Assembly: GCA_037481815.1 (NCBI GenBank)
Contig: JBBFKX010000001.1
Location: forward strand, 672,001 to 736,000
Length of the DNA stretch: 64,000 nucleotides
Direction of reading: 5' to 3'
Source: a candidate division WOR-3 bacterium
GTDB taxonomy: Bacteria > Hydrothermota > 32-111
Under the pieces are notes generated by a model, which saw nothing but the letters and a program-made list of their open reading frames with translations, had not been told where the DNA came from and did no database searches. A program made the position numbers and the translations under genes. Positions 63,096-64,000 of this stretch are shown here, piece after piece (position 1 is the stretch's first letter; every line of letters starts with the position of its first letter).

Positions 63096-64000
63096 CTGTT
63101 CTCCGGGAAAATATTTATATACTCTCTATAGACATCATCAAAAACTCTTATAGTTCTTTTTAGCGCGTTATGTATGTGAGAGATTATAACACCATAATTC
63201 GTAACTGGTATGTTCTGCTCTTTTGCTTTTGAGATCCTTGAAAGAACCTCTTTTCTGTTAACCATACAACTTCCACAGAGAATCACAAGTTTTGACCCTT
63301 CAAGGTTTTGGTGTATCATTATCCCAGGATTCATCACAAAATTTAACTTTTTACCTGTATAATTTTCGATCCATTTTGGAAGTTTATATCTACCGATATC
63401 ATCCGGCTGCGGATGATGAGTACATGCTTCGGCAATAAAAATTTTATCACCATCCTTTAACTCTTTTAAGACCTTAAGACCTCTTACATACTCTATCAGA
63501 TCACCTTTCAACCTTGAGAAAACTATCGAATAAGTTGTGATATCAATATCCTCTGGAACAACTTTAGCAACAAAGTCAACAACCTGAGAATCGGTGATCA
63601 CGAGTTTTGGTTTTTTATTCAAAATTTTCAAACTCTGCTCAAGTTCGGTATGCTGAACAACAATGGAAATCGAATTTGCATCAAGAGCATCTCTTAACAC
63701 CTGCTCCTGTGGAAGTATAACTCTACCTTTCGGAGCAGCAGAATCAATCGGTATAACCTGTACAATTATGTCATTCTTTCCAACGATGTCTCTGATTATT
63801 ATATCGGATGTGATCACCTCTTTTAAAAGGGATGCGATCTTCTCTCTCAATTTTAAAATATTTTCTCCTGTTGAAGATGAAACTTCCATATATTCAAGAT
63901 TTTCAGTGTTTATCCAGTTTAAAACCTTTTTATCAGTTTTTTCAATATCCATCTTTGAAAAAACAACAAGGATCTTTTCACCTTTGTTTTTCATTTTCTT
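63092..64000 (-). CDS. hydF: [FeFe]-hydrogenase maturation GTPase, 5'-truncated by window edge
   Basis: SKMD (G4), PIDSAAPKGRVILPQ, ITDSQ, EACTHH..DIGR.KLP, CGSCM. Confidence 0.93.
   Translation of the reverse strand, partial: KKMKNKGEKILVVFSKMDIEKTDKKVLNWINTENLEYMEVSSSTGENILKLREKIASLLKEVITSDIIIRDIVGKNDIIVQVIPIDSAAPKGRVILPQEQVLRDALDANSISIVVQHTELEQSLKILNKKPKLVITDSQVVDFVAKVVPEDIDITTYSIVFSRLKGDLIEYVRGLKVLKELKDGDKIFIAEACTHHPQPDDIGRYKLPKWIENYTGKKLNFVMNPGIMIHQNLEGSKLVILCGSCMVNRKEVLSRISKAKEQNIPVTNYGVIISHIHNALKRTIRVFDDVYREYINIFPENR

Overview
AT-rich bacterial chromosome segment, mostly housekeeping genes on the minus strand: rpoD, dnaG, recO, ybeY, phoH, gyrB, nth, lepB, lpdA, mnmA, uppP, hydE/hydF, plus pepP and lgt on +. 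There are five tRNA genes (Phe-GAA, Leu-GAG, Gly-CCC, fMet-CAT, Asp-GTC). Four exported proteins end in FlgD-Ig/T9SS type-A-like C-terminal domains (two subtilases, an Asp-box propeller, an M6 metalloprotease). Together with hydrogenase maturases and a DGGGP-synthase-like prenyltransferase, this suggests an anaerobic, peptide-fermenting FCB-group lineage such as TA06/WOR-3 (inference). The best candidate for an undescribed system is the plus-strand block at 50259-56764 next to tRNA-Asp. It holds a half-size HsdS, an intact but catalytically dead HsdM with no HsdR, and then a MoxR AAA+ / unknown / HExxH-peptidase-vWA / unknown operon. Other notable signals: matching sigma54-type promoter architecture upstream of the two giant proteases; a Braun-lipoprotein-like plus LysM coiled-coil pair with aligned cysteines; recurrent leaderless gene starts; an apparent bias to 16-bp sigma70 spacers; an AT-rich mosaic patch inside the large subtilase; and a CDS whose stop codon lies inside tRNA-Gly. 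No CRISPR array, integrase, transposase or rRNA was seen. All calls are by eye from motifs; no database search was run.
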